NCBI RefSeq assembly: GCF_036588685.1
Contig: NC_086375.1
Coordinates: forward strand, 93,310,001 to 93,374,000
Source of the DNA: Mytilus trossulus
Lineage: Eukaryota
Reading direction: 5' to 3'
Length of the DNA stretch: 64,000 bases
The position numbers and the translations under genes were made by a program. The notes under the pieces were generated by a model. That model saw nothing but the letters and a program-made list of their open reading frames with translations, did not search any database and had not been told where the DNA came from. This document shows positions 1-15,000 of the stretch, in pieces; the stretch's first letter is position 1, and each line of letters opens with the position of its first letter.

Positions 1-51
1 TAGGTAAAACTTACAGCTTGTGAAAACGATTTGATCACAAAAGCAGTCAAC
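1..51 (-). CDS. TEP exon 26, partial (WLTAFVIKSFSQA...)
   Basis: catag acceptor at 52-54, WLTAFV motif; probably truncated by the window edge. Confidence 0.9.
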
Positions 52-3000
52 CTATGAAATTGAAAGTTTGTTTTTATGTTTAAACAGATTTAAAATATTA
101 TTATAAAAAAGAAGATATTATTGCCGTCCATAAAATCTTCACCAGAAAACTACTTTTTTCTTTTCCATACATTCTTTTTTTTTTCTTGCAACTGGTTTAC
201 ATTTTTGTTTTGTCTTACAGCTTCGTTTATACTCTCCTCGTTTGTCTCGTATAAGCGTGCTAGCCTTGAATAAGATTAGTAAGTGTTTTAATTCCAGATC
301 ATGTCAAACCTAATTGGGTTTTACTGCTCCCTGCAAAGAAGTCAGTATTGGGTGAAACAATTGACAGTTCCAATTCTGACTACAATTACACTTTTTCCCT
401 ATGTAACATACCCCACTCGTCTTTTAATGAAGTGTAAAGCAGGAATAATGTGTCTGATAGATACGAAAAGAGCACACAAGCAACGACTATACACTATTTA
501 ACTGCTGACTTATAATAAAGTAGTGTTGTCAAATCGTACACTTTTGCCTAACCGGTTACTCGGATAATCGTTCGACCGATTAACCGGTTAACCGGTAATT
601 CAAGTTGGTGTTTGAAAACCTTATCAATAGAACCCTATACATAGATATAAGATGTGGTATGCGTGTTAATTTGACAACCTTTCATCCAAGTCATAAATAC
701 GCTTTTAGAATTGAAGTTTTTCCTTTAGCATGTTACTCATACTTTCACGTATACATTGAGTACATTCACATTGGTTTGCATTTCACAATTTTCTAATTTA
801 AAGTAAGACTAACCCTTGCACTACGGAGGTTGCACATTTAAATGTAGGTTTACACAATATAAGATAATTATATTTTATGTTTGAAAGAAAGAAATGTTTG
901 CCTACAAACTGCTAATCTAACCCTAATATCTATAAGTTTGGTCAACTGTTTAATTCGTGTAATATTGTAATATTAAAATAAATATGTAAATTTATCAAAA
1001 TTATAAATGTGAAAGTCAGTCCTCCAAGTTCATTTCATTGTATTGTTCACACATGCTTGTAAAAATTGTACCTTATAGTTATATTTATGTTTGTTCTCTA
1101 TAACTATGTAATTGCAGTTTTATGAGAAAAAAAGTATTCGAAAACGAAATAATGAAGTAATTGGTAAAATTAAATCTCATTACTGATTTAAAGTTACTGT
1201 TAAAAAAAAACATATTTACTAATTATGTTTCTTAAAGATGCTGCCCCGAACTCTAATTAATTTTATGTTTTTAGGATTAACAATACCAGACTTAACTAAT
1301 CAATCAGATCGGTAATCGAACACTAATCGATCATATTTGATCAGTAATCGATTGATGACAAGAAGTCATCGATCAGTAATCGATCAAACTCTCTCAGGAG
1401 TTTGATCGATGAGAGATCGATTAGAATACTGATCGATTTAAGATCGATTACTGATGGATTAGTGATTGATTAAAGACAGATTAGTGATTTTATTATTATT
1501 GGGAAAACAGTGCTATTCAAGAAATAAGCCACCCCCTTATGGAAGACATCAGTTGTGAAACAAAAATTCCATGAAAATATTTTCACCATTGCCAAAATTT
1601 TCTGGAATTCTAGGATTTACTCAGTAATACATGTTTATACAATATGCAGTTGTAACCAAGAGAAGGGTATCTAAAAGCTTAGTCCTAACATATTACTGAT
1701 TAAAAACTACATTTTTGTAGGTTTACCTGTGTATATTAGTACAATAACTATGAGGTCTTGAAAGGCTATTGTATTTTTTCTTTTACGCCTTTCATTTACG
1801 GACGGCATCAAAGCAAAATTTAAAATAGCCATCCAAGATGTCATAATTATTGATATAAAAACCTAATTATTATATGTGTGCATGTAACAAATTTGGTTGT
1901 AGAGGGGTCTAAATACAGCACAACTACATTTTCCAAAAGACCAAAAGAGTGAAAAAATAGATTTAAACAATAACATTTGACTTGATTATAGTAGTATATA
2001 TATGCTTCCATGGTTTGATAAATATTTGATGCCTTTTAAGGCAGCAACCATTTGATTTTCTAGGGGGGGGGGCTATGGGTTTTTTTTCTGGACAATTTTT
2101 TTTTTCTCAGAATCAAAAACAAATTATTTTTTTCTACAAAAACTGAAAACAAACTTTTTTTTCCAAAAATAAAAAAAATGACCAACAGAAGGGGTGGTCT
2201 CTGCTGAAAGTTTCTCTATAATCAACATATCCCCCCCCCCCCCCCCCCCGAAAATCAAACGGTTGCTGCCTAAGTAAATGACCTTTGTTAACACATGAAA
2301 ATTAATTTTGACATATAATATCAGCTTCAGACACTTGTGATGTTAAAGATGAAAATTTAAACCAAGTTATATATATTTAAATCTGTATTTTTCATAAATA
2401 AGGATTAATCAACACAAATAAATTGTGCAATTTGAAACTTTAGATGAGATTTAGGTTTTGTCCTCAAACATTATTTACAAATGCCAGATTTTAGGTCACA
2501 ACTAAATAGCCAGAAAATTTACCAATTAACAGAAAATTGATACATCATTTATTCAAACACACTTGTTTGTCTTCACAGCAGGATATTGTCTAATTACCAC
2601 AATATTGTAGAAGACTGACCAGAAATGACCAGCTGTGGACTATTACTCTACTATGTATTGCAAAATACTGTTAAAAATAAAGAGATTGTTATCAGTCAGG
2701 AGTCAGTGGAAAACTGTCTATTGACTTTTGAATTTACATACAGAAGATCCCCCCTTTTTTCTAAAATTTTAAAATAGTCTTAATACAAGGCAATAGTGGA
2801 GTATTTGTAGTTAGTGTTTTATTTTCACATGAAAGCATATATAACTAAAGATATAAAGTAAAATGATTATAAATAAGAAATTAAACATGTTTTTAAAAAG
2901 AATTGATTATGTGCCTGCTGCGTGTGTCTGTCACAAGTCAGGAGCCTGTAATTCAGTGATTGTCGTTTGTGTATGTGTTACATATTTGTTTTTTTATATA

Positions 3001-6000
3001 AGTAAGGCCGTTATATTCACCTTTGATTTGTAGTTGCATAGTGCAACTACAAATCATTGTTCTGGCCTTTCATTGATATTGTGTAGCAAGCTTAGAGTTT
3101 TTTTCTGAAAATATGTTGATTAAAGAGAAACTTTTAGCAGAGACCACCCCTTCTGTTTGTCATTTTTTTTATAACTGTTTTAGTTCATTGATTTTTTTAT
3201 AATTTTGAAAAATTTGTTAATTTGAATTTAGATTTTTTTTTTTTTTGATTTTCTAACTATTTCAACCTATTTTAATAAATGTTGAATTAAGTGTTTCCTG
3301 GTAGAATTTTGTCTTATAAGAATATCAGTTTATATGTGAGGTTTACTTGATGATGGTCATTAATTAGTTCTGCACAGTGAAATGTTTTGAAGGAATTGTG
3401 ACCTTCATACAAACTATTTTATAGGTCATTTCATTAATTCACCAATGTTCTATTTCTTTTGAATCCTCTGGATAGGTTTTAATGGGATATGATACACAAT
3501 GTAGCACCAATTGAATAATCTGTTTTAATAAGATGCCAGTATTTCCTGAATACTTTTTGAAGTTATTCTGCTTGAAGATGATAATATGTAATAAATGATA
3601 CTTAACATCTATTTTAAAGTTTTTCCTTTTTCTTAATTTTATCTTTTCTGTCAAGGAATTTGATAGAATTTGTTTTACCAATTTCAGTTAATAAAATAGT
3701 CTTTCAATAAAGAGTTTTCTTTCAGGTTTGTGTTTTTATGTAAATGAATACCTTTGCCTGTAATATAGAATTGGGTTGGTTTGGGTTTTTATGGAGATGT
3801 TGGAATTTTTCTGTAACACCAGTTTTTTCATGTGTTTGTCTTTGAGTATTTCAAGGTCTAGAAATTTTATGGAATGATTATTGCATTTCTGAGTAAACTT
3901 TAGCAGGTAGTGTTGTTGAATAAATTGAGTGGTAGGGATGAGCTGGTCACCATGGTCACTATTTTGAGCTCTATTACATATTTCATGAAAAAAATCTTGA
4001 AATTTAGATGGAGGTGAAGTTTTTAACCTGCCTGTTTATTTCACAAGTGTCTGAAATTAATTAGATGTCAGAATCTTGTGATGTTTGTTAATGTTTCCAT
4101 CAGTGTGGTCAAATCAATTATCTCTAAATCAATTTTCACATGCAATCTTACAAGCTATTTATTTGCTGTTTGTGCTTTTGATCCTATTATTTTGACATTT
4201 TAACCTATTTAACATTAACAATATATAATAATGAACCATTACATTACTACAAATGTATCCTGAAAAGAAATTCTGATGTGTTTAGAAGAAATGGCAATGT
4301 ATCTTTCATCTGTTAGATACATGTATTATACTTTAATTTTATCTTATTTTCATAAAAAAAAACATTTATATGCTTTCATGACAGATTTACATTTTTGATA
4401 AGTAAAAATGTGATATGGGAACGGTTGGGTACATGCTGGATCCAAATTCTCATGGAAATAATGTTGTACATCATATATAATTATATAAACGGTAGTCCAA
4501 ATAATTATGACATCTTTGAAGGCTATTTTAGATTTTGCTTTAAACCTTCCGTCATTGAAAGGCGTAAAAGAAAAAATACAATAGCCTTTCAAGACCTCAT
4601 AGTTATTGTACAAATATGGCGTAATCAATTCCATCTAAGATTTGATGGTCAGTTCTTTATCAGTTTAATGATCTTTCATCTTGTTTAATGTGACACTTTA
4701 TACGATACTTTAGTTGCACAGTTGAACTGCAATAGTTTATCCAAATAATCTAAGACATTAATCAATGCCTCACATAAATTAAGAACATATTTATAGTACG
4801 ACCTTGTGAGAAACTTTATAGATTTGGTCAGTTATATTAGCTTGAAGTAACACATTGTTTTAAGAGTGGAATTTAGTAACGTTTTATATTGGAAGTTTTA
4901 TATGTGAAACATCAAATATATATTATATATACATGTACTTTTATAAATACGATTAAACATGTGAACATTAACTCTGTGACTTTGTGGTGATATATATATA
5001 CTACATGTATAGCTAGTTCCCTATATTAACGGACAAGATGCTGTTCTCGTTCCCGGATAATGACAAGTAGTGCCAACACACAAAAAACACAAGAGAAAGC
5101 CCCGTTATATCAATATACACGGGTAAACCTACAAAAATGTAGTTTTTAATCAGTAATAGGTTAGGACTAAGCTTTTAGATACCCTTCTCTTGGTTACAAC
5201 TGCATATTGTATAAACATGTATTACTGAGTAAATCCTGGAATTCCAGAAAATTTTGGCAATGGTGAAAATATTTCCATGGAATTTTTATTTCACAACTGA
5301 TGTCTTCCGTAAGGGGGTGGCTTATTTCTGGAATAGCATTGTTTTCCCAATAATAATTAAATCACTAATCTGTCATTAATCATGCAATCACTAATCCATC
5401 AGTAATCAGTCTTAACTCGATCAGTAATCTAATCGATCACTAATCCATCAGTAATCAGTCTTAAATCGATCAGTAATCTAATCGATCAAACTCCCGAGAG
5501 AGTTTGATCGATTACTGATCGATGACTTCATGTCATCAATCGATTACTGATCAAATATGATCGATTAGTGTTCGATTACCGATCTGATCGATTAGTTAAG
5601 TCTGGACAATAGCAACCAATATACTGGACACTTGATCTGTCAAACTAATTACCACGACGACAATTTATAAATAAAACATAACTATTTAATGATTTGATTT
5701 TCAACACAATTTTTTATCAAATCTATCGAAGTTGAAAAAAGTCCGGTTAACCGGTTAGCGTTTTTGGTATTCGGTATTCGGTCGTTCGACCGATTAACCG
5801 GTTAACTGGTTAACCGTTGACAACAGTATAATAAAGTCATTCTGATAGTAGTTAGTAGTTCTGACAAAAGGTGTGACAAAACGATTGTTTAACGAACAGA
5901 CGGACGAACAGATCGACGTATGGTTTGACGTCCGGGGTTTTTTATGGCAAAACAAACCCATGTAAGGATAGTTACATACATTTAACTTGAAAGTTATTTT

Positions 6001-9000
6001 GTCCCCTCAGTGTGTCAATCAGGGTTCGTATTTACATCATATTTATGTATACATATATATTAATCGTCATCACTCACATCATCACCTGTCATTGTTGTTG
6101 CCTTTATTATTTTGTATTTGTTGTTTTGTGTTTCTGCACTTATTCTTATTAGATTAATAATATACGATGGCTTCAGAGATTTCATTATATAAGCAGGCAT
6201 AATATAGGATAAACCTTACCAGGTAGTTCCACTTTTATCGTTGTTTCCAAAAGCGCTGAAAGATCCATCATCATGAACATAGGACAGTTCTCTTTGATAA
6301 CCTATTGAAGAGAACAATTATGATAACGTTAATGCATTTTTAGAGATATGCTTAGCTACATCTAAGTACATCTTGTTAATAGCTAACAGCTAATACAAAT
6401 TTGCATAACATTGATAAGTTATTGATCTGAGTACACAGTTATCGTCCTTTGATTTTCGTTGTCCTTTTCGTTGTCCACGAATATAGTCCATAGTGCGGAC
6501 AATGTATTACTTGCAAATTTATTTCTTGATGTGTTATGTCTTAAATAGCAGGAAGGGGATAAAATGGCACTGTAAAATAAAATTGATTTATGAATTTAAG
6601 AGAAGAAGAAAATATAACGTTTATTATTTTTGAAAGAAAGTTTTGACTTATGGAACATGCAGACACTTGCTTTTTGATGAAGCATATATATCTTGAACAT
6701 TCGTTTATTTCGATGAATTTTTATTCAAAATTCATTTTTATATTGATAACTCATTAATACAAAGAACCATAGGTTATCGCTCTACATTAAAGCACTAATG
6801 TAACATACGTTTTAACTAATTATGAATGCATTTAACGTGGAGTGGCTTATTAAACAGAGGCAGAAGGCGTAAATTATTCACACCATTATGAATGAATGAC
6901 ATATCATTTTAAAAATAAGTCGTAAATCAGACGTGCAGTTATTTTGTCCCATTAAGTCTGATAAGCTTGTAAGTTTGATATTTTAGGTCTATCGACTTAT
7001 TTGTATTACCTCCCTCTAAAATGCTCTCTACTCTATTTCGTACATCATTTGTAAGTCTGTTTGTTGTTTTCAGGTAAGAGCTGACGTAAACATTTGGAGC
7101 GAATCTGATCATGTTCTGTTCTCCACAGCCGTATGAAATCTGAAGGAGATCCTCCAGGCCGGCTAGTGTTGCCCCTAATAGGTCACCTGTGAAAAATATG
7201 TTACACGTAAAAATATGTTACACGTTTAGAGAATTGATTCACAGATTGTAATACCAGAAAATAAAATAATAAAATAAACATTCGAAATTATGTTGTATCA
7301 AGTGAACGGTGTAATCGTGTTCAATTATTTTAGGAAAGTTGATTTCTGATTCGTTTTATTCTTGTGACAAAACTGTTACCATGGTAGGAATATGACAGTT
7401 GTTATTCATTCGTTTAATATGTTTGAGCTTTTGATGTTTCCATTTAATTAGGGACGTGAATTTTCCTCGGAGGTCATTTTTTTTGTAATTATACTTTTTT
7501 GTAGGCAATTTCTTACTGTAATTGTTCAAGTAACACAATATTTCTGCTGGTTTATTCTGAAATTTCTTCTTCTAACTAATTTTGTATCTTTCGTTAGTTA
7601 TTTTTTTAAGTTTTATTGTGTATTAAGTACATTATAACTGCAATGAAACTTTTTTCATTTTTTTTGCCTCACTTAGTCGTATGCCAGTAGGTTTTTTTTG
7701 TTACTTTTTATTGCATTAAAGCATGACTTGTTAAGAAAACCCGAAATCTGTTTTTGAAACTATGATTGTTATGGAATTAAGATACTGGTGTTTAAATAAA
7801 AACATGTTGTTCAATATAATTAAAGTCAATACTCACCAATAACTTGAATTTTGATAAATTCTGAATCTTCAACAAGATTTGGCGGGAAAGACAAAGAAAT
7901 GGTCTCACGAACCCTTCCCCCTTGTCGGAGGTCAATAAGTAATGGAACGTTGTAGTTTTGTTTGATACCTTCGGCCTACAATTTTCAATAACATATATCT
8001 AATTTTAGGCTTAGTTTAAATTAACTCAATTTACTGGGGTTGTGACCGATTTTTTGCTACACGAAAAGGAGTTCACTATCAGATTTGAAGAGAAAAAACT
8101 GCAGTCAATTCAAAAATAAATTCCAAATGTTCATTGACTGAAAGTACATCATCATATTCTATTTAAATATAAAAATAGAAATAGAAATAAATTTCAAATG
8201 AAACAAATTTGTCGACTGATGGCATAGTTTTATTCTTCTGTTCAAGTAAACTGTTCAAACATTTTTTTCATATCTTAAGGCTTCGTAACAGACGTAAAAA
8301 AACAAATCAAAGAATAAAGATGAAAAATAATAATATGATGCACACCCGTCTTTAATTACAAGTATCCATAATTCTGTGAGTAATTAAATTACCTCTATTA
8401 GGAATTCACGCTGTACAGCGTCGGCTCCAATAGTAGATCTTGCAGTTCCGTCCAAAAGTATTTTACCAAGAGCTGTTGGTTTGAGAGGAAAATATACAGA
8501 CGCCACACTGTCTTCCTTCACTAACACAGACTGTTTAAAAACGAGTAAGTTTTATTGGTAAGTTTGAAGGAAATTATTCTTTATGCCAGTGTCTGAAGGG
8601 ACGTTTAAGATTTAGGTGCCTATAACTTGTCTATAACTAGTACAGTTTAAGCTAGGGATTTCGTAACCAAATTCTTAAAACTCATACCAAATCAATCATA
8701 GACAACCAGATTTGGCATTTTGGCTGTACATGAGCAAAATCAAAAATGGCATTTAACATATAGTTTTAAGGATGATGTTCTTGAGAACTGCAAACACTCT
8801 TAAATTGGTGCTTTGTGTCTTTAATGTGAGTTGTATAATATTGTTCTTCTAGCTGATCTTTCGGGTTCAGTCATTTTGATTCTTACAAAAAACAAAAATG
8901 TTGGGCTATTAAGCAAACGTGTAATTAAATTTCTCTCAATATGCATGTTATATATATGGGAGTTTATAAGGAACGACATTAAATAAAAATAAACAACATC

Positions 9001-12000
9001 TAATGCTTTTGAAAAATGAATATAAAAAACTCTACTATTACAAATATAACAAAAAATATTGTATACTTCTTTTACATGACATACACAATGACATATATGT
9101 TAACAAATATAGGTCACCTACTGTGGACAACAACGCCTTATTCAAATAGAGTCTACTCTACAAAAGTGCAGTACTCTATAATAGAACACTCAAACTTGAG
9201 TGTTTTTATATGTTTGTACATGATAATAATTAGTATACCTATTCATTGATACTACACTATAAAATCATTATACAGCTACCTTTGTCCACCCGTCTGGGCC
9301 TGGATTGAAGTCGTTTCCGTTAGCATCAACAAAGGTAAAGTTAACATTGTTAGCAAGCTTTACAGAAACCTGGAAATAAACCACATGTTCAGTTTCCATG
9401 GATATATAACTAACCTAAAAGTTTATATAGCGTAAGAATCTTCAAGCAAGGAATTTTAGTGATACGTGTTTTGCTTGATTTAAACTTTGAGCCGTAGCTG
9501 ATTCGTATTTGTAAATAAAACAACATATTTTGAAGACACTTGGATATGACCACAAAGGTAAACGTTTCTTTGGAGTTGCAGTTGTTGTTCATGTGTATTG
9601 GCTTTTGATTTTGCCATTTGATTATGGACCTTCCGTTTTTAATTTCCCTCGGAGTTCAGTATTTTTACTTTTTCACTTTCGAGTGTATGAATAAAAGAAA
9701 AAAAGAGTACTTGGTAAAGAAAATGATATGTTACGTAGATAATCCCTAATTCAAAATAAAAATATGATAAGAAATGAAATTTTAGTAATTTGTACTCAAG
9801 CTAGGACTACTCCTCAATTTATCTGACAATGGGATGTAGTTCAAAACTTAGATTATGTATAACGTTAAATGACATCTTCTTTCTAACTGGCTTTCCATGC
9901 CCCACCTACGATAGTAGAGGGGCATTATGTTTTCTGGTCTGTGCCTCCGTTCATCCGTCCGTTCGTTCGTCCGTTCGTTCGTACCGCTTCAGGTTAAACA
10001 TTTTAGTCGAGGTAGTTTTTGATGAAGTTGAAGTCCAATTAATTTGAAACTTAGTACACATGTTCCTTATGATATGATCTTTCTAATTTTAATGTCAAAT
10101 TAAAGTATTGACCCCAATTACATGGTCCACTGAACAAAGAAAAAGATAGTGTGAAGCTCAGGTTAAAGTTTTTGGTCAAGGTAGTTTCTGATGAAGTTGA
10201 AGTCCAATCAACTTGAAACTTAGTACACATGTTAACTATGATATGATCTTTCTAATTTTAATGCCAAATTAAAATATTGACCCCAATTTCACGGTCGAGT
10301 GAACATGTAAAATGATAGTGCGAGTGGGGCATCCGTGTTCTATGGACACATTCTTGTTTCTCCATGTCTCTCATTCTAGACGACACCAGGTATACAGTTA
10401 TACAATTAGCACTAAATACGATTGAATAATTTTAACTCTGAACACAAAATATTTGCATACCTGGTAGTGCAATGCTTTGAAACATATCAATGGTAAAGGA
10501 GTAGATTGAAAAATCTAATGCAATTATTTATGTAATAATTTTTTTTATTGTTAAAAAAGTTACCCTCAAATCCATAGGTTACATGCTTACATGTCATAAC
10601 CAAGGAGTGACCAACTATTTCAAATTGATAGAATAAATATATGTTTGATTACTAAAAAGTAAAATTACAAAAATACTGAGCTCCGAGGAAAAGTCAAAAC
10701 GGAAAGAACTTATAAAATGACAAAATCAAAGGATTAAACACATCAAAAGAATGGACAACAACTTCATATTCCTGACTTCGTACAGGCATTTTCCAATGTA
10801 GAAAATGGTAGATTGAACCTGGTTTTCTAATCCTAAACTTCTCATTTGTACCACAATCGCATCAGTTTCAATTATATTGACAATTTTGCGTGAACAAAAT
10901 GTCACAAATAGGGGTACAAAAAAATCTTAAAACCTAATAATAAGATGTTATTATATGACTTTATCCAAATTTGAATCGCAGAGGTAATGCAATATAAGTT
11001 TTCATTTGTATGACATTAAGTTAAGTCTTGGCACCAAAATCATTCATAATGTTTCGCAGAAATTATTTTATTTCAAAATTATACATTTTCAAGCTCTCAC
11101 GTACAATTTCTTTTTGTTATCCATTAGAATCAGCAAAACAGTTGTTTGCGACCGTCAAATCTTCAATTGACGGTGACAACTGTACTGTTATTCCTTGAAT
11201 AATGATTTGGGAAGGGAGTATTGCGGTGAATTTTTGAGGGACAAGCAATCAAAACGTTCTCTAGATATTGAAATATGTGGTATTATTACCATTAAGACAT
11301 ATTTCCATCCATTCATTTTCAGCACTATTTGAAATAATAAGCCTTTTTAGTATTAATAAACACTTTTCATATGAATCATATTTATAAAACAATGTATCAT
11401 TTGATTTATTTCAATTAACTGGGCGGAGTTAAAACGGTTCGCTCATCATTGACCAGTCCATCTACTGATAGTTGTTTTTGGATAAACTCATCAATAAAGT
11501 GTCCATTTATGGTCATAGTAAATTCGTTTGGAGACACTGATAGATGATCACAAATCAATGATAATTATAACGGCAATCATTCTGATCACACACATCTTCG
11601 AATAGACTGTCATTGTACATTTTAAAACGTTAGCTCCGCCAGATCAGTTGAAATAATAATTGGGTTACAAGGTAGACGATAAATTGCATATGAACTCAGT
11701 TAAGGTACAAGTGACTCTTTTCTTTAAAAGCGTCCGTGTAACTCCATAAACAAGTGTCCGTGTAACACCCGTTATTGTACTGATTTTCTTTAGCTCCACT
11801 TGGGGCAAGGTTATAGAAACCTTAGAAATGTTAGTTATCCATACAGATAAGAGTAATGAACAAGTGTGTTTATGTTATTAAAAAAAATAGTCTCATCTAA
11901 ATTATGAGAGAACCTTTAAAATCAATATACTTTTACATCAACTTATACATTTAATATTTAAATAATTAAACTTGTACCTGTTGATCTTGGTCTAAGTAAT

Positions 12001-15000
12001 TGAATACTGTGGCTTGAACTATAATAACCTCCCCTCGTATGGCAGAATACGGAAGTTCAAAGCGCATGAAAAACCTTTGGAAAGTTGTTAACTGAAATAT
12101 ATTGTATTAACTTTCCTATTGGTATGTGTGTTATAAGTGCTCTTGAATGGATAAAATGATAAATTCTCTACAATTTGTTTTGCATAATATAAAATTAGTG
12201 TGCTGCTACAAAATTACATGATCACGTAATATAAAATGATAAATACTGCAAATTTTTCTTTTACAATTTCAGTTTTCATATTTCTCTATATGTAATTTTC
12301 TCTTTTACAAAAAATACAAATGTAATTGAATTTGAATTTGAATGGTGCAAAATTTAATCAGGATCTTCATAACACCCAGACGAATAACCGACTTATAAAC
12401 ATACCTTTGTTTAATAAAATATAATTCAATTTAGATGTAAACTTATAAAATATATTAATTACATTTGCAGTATTTGCAGCAACTCCGAGACCGGTGTTTG
12501 GATTAACAGCAAATGCTGATGCAATCCATTCTGTAATAGTATCCGGAGCTGTTGTTCTTATTGTTGCAGTTCCATCCGAACTGAAATGAAATTATGTTTA
12601 TTAATTAGGTATAATTGAATAGATTCAACAGTATAGCCGCATTATAATTAATCTAAACTTTGGAAATGTAACAACATAAAAACTTTAGGCACGTACATAA
12701 ACATAAGGAGATGTTTCATGGTTACAATAAGGCAACTATCCACATATAGTCAGCATTATAAACAAATATATTTCGTAAAATGAGAATATTTTGAACGGGA
12801 AAACAAATATAGGAAGATGTGGTGTGAGTGCCAATGAGACAACTATCCATCCAAATAACCATTTAAAAAAGTAAACCATTATATATCAATGTACGGCCTT
12901 CGGCACGGGAACTTGGTTCACATCGAACAACAAGCTATAAAGGACCCCAAAATTACTAGTGAAAAACCATAAAAAAGGGGTAACCAACGGTCTAATCTAT
13001 ATAAAAAAACGAGAAAAGAGAAACACGTATAAATTAGATAAACATACGACAACTACTGTACATCAGCTTCCTGACTTCTATAACTAACTTTGCGGTATGA
13101 GCTGATTATTTCTTGATTTGTTAATATTCCCAATGTTACGACATTCAAAAAATGTGCGCTTCTCCTCTTTTGCTAATTCATAATGCATGAGAAATCATAA
13201 TCTAACCAAATCACCTTCATAACTAAGACATGATCAAATATGATATTTTAATTAATCTTACCTTTCGAAACGAAACGATAATAGGTGAAACAGATGATTT
13301 TTTTTTGTATGTCCTACTACTCACCGATGTTTCTGTTATGTTGTCTGCGATTTAATGGTTGAATAAGATTATTCAAAATATTTTGTTGAAAATGTTACAG
13401 AATGATTTTATTTTTTTACTTTTAAATCCTCAATCCAATAGCGAAATCAAATAAAAGCTCATCAATTATTAAACGAATGGATAACAACTGTCATTTCTTG
13501 ACTTGATACAGGCATTATTATGTTTTTAGAAAAAATTTTGAATTTAACCAAGATAAACCTCTCACTTATATGACAGTGGCATAAAATGCCATTGAATTAG
13601 CAGCAATGTGTGAACAAAGCTAACAAATATAATAGGTACAAATGTTAATAAAAAAAGAAGAGGAAGGGGGAAGACAGCAGTCATTAGTGTGTTATAATCA
13701 TTAAAGAAGTAGATTAATAAAGGCAACAGTAGTATACCGCTGTTCAAAACTCAAAAATACATGGACAAAAAACAAAATCGGGGTACAAACCTAAACTGAG
13801 GGAAACGCATTAAATACAAGAGGAGAACAACGACACAACATTTAAATGTAACACACAGAGAAACGGACTAAGCAATAGACAAAATCCAATGAGAATAACA
13901 AATATAACATAAAAACAAAATCAAGAAAAACAAAAAGGTAAATAAACAAAGCTCATTAACAAAAACGAAAGAGACGAACACAATACCGGGTAATTTACCA
14001 TAATACTATAACACAATGACGAGATGTATAATATCAAGCCACGTCAAATGGATATTACCAAAATTAGACTCAAAAGTAACAAGTTCTTCAATCCAATAGC
14101 GAAATCAAATAAAAAGCTCATCAATTATTAAACGAATGGATAACAACTGTCAATTCTTGACTTGATACAGGCATTATTATGTTTTTAGAAAAAATGTTGA
14201 ATTTAACCAAGATAAACCTCTCACTTATATGACAGTGGCATAAAATGCCATTGAATTAGCAGCAATGTGTGAACAAAGCTAACAAATATAATAAGTACAA
14301 ATGTTAATAAAAAAAGAAGAGGAAGGGGGAAGACAGCAGTCATTAGTGTGTTATAATCATTAAAGAAGTAGATTAATAAAGGCAACAGTAGTATAAAGTA
14401 AAATCACAAAAATACTGAACTCAGAGGAAAATCAATTTGGAAAGTCCATAATCACATGGCAAAATCAAAAAACAAAACGCATCAAAAACGAATGGACAAG
14501 AACTGTCATATTCCTGACTTGGTACAGGCATTTTCAAATGTAGAAAATGGTGGATTAAACCTGGTTCTATAGCGCTAACCCTCTCACTTTAATAACAGTC
14601 TCATCAAATTCCGTTACATTTACATGATGCGTTAAATAAACAGTCACAATCAATAAAATAGTCAAAATATGGGAACATCAGTCATCATTTGTCGTTCAAT
14701 GTGCATACAATAGTTATCAAAAGTACCTGGATTATAAACAATTTTAAATTTTACAGAGGCAATGAGCGCAGACAGGGTTAAAAAATCAAAAGTATGTAAG
14801 AATAAATTACAGAAATCGAACTAGTCCAAAAGTTATACATAGAATTTATGAGAATCCAAAACTTTTAAAAGGAACAATTTAACAGGACACAAAAACCTAT
14901 CCACGAACACATGGATCTACTTGAGTGTCCGACGTCAGAAAAAATATATACGTCACATAAATTTGTCGTTCAATGTGCATACAAACAATTTTAAAATTTA

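Larger units (their letters stand above)
521..5828. mobile_element. Non-autonomous hAT-like DNA transposon, host of nested insertions
   Basis: TIR TAGTGTTGTCAA / TTGACAACAGTA, 8-bp TSD TAATAAAG (513-520, 5829-5836), subterminal palindromic AACCGGTT repeats. Confidence 0.8.

Noticed and set aside
3439-4688. Short ORFs inside the long-TIR element as a possible transposase
   Set aside because: No recognisable DDE or other domain motifs, and part of the sequence is an internal inverted repeat.
13325-13344. 20-nt candidate microexon (cgcag ... GTGAGT) in the intron after the bait cluster
   Set aside because: Length fits neither a cassette replacement (3n+1) nor an added exon (3n), and it has no homology to the cassettes.
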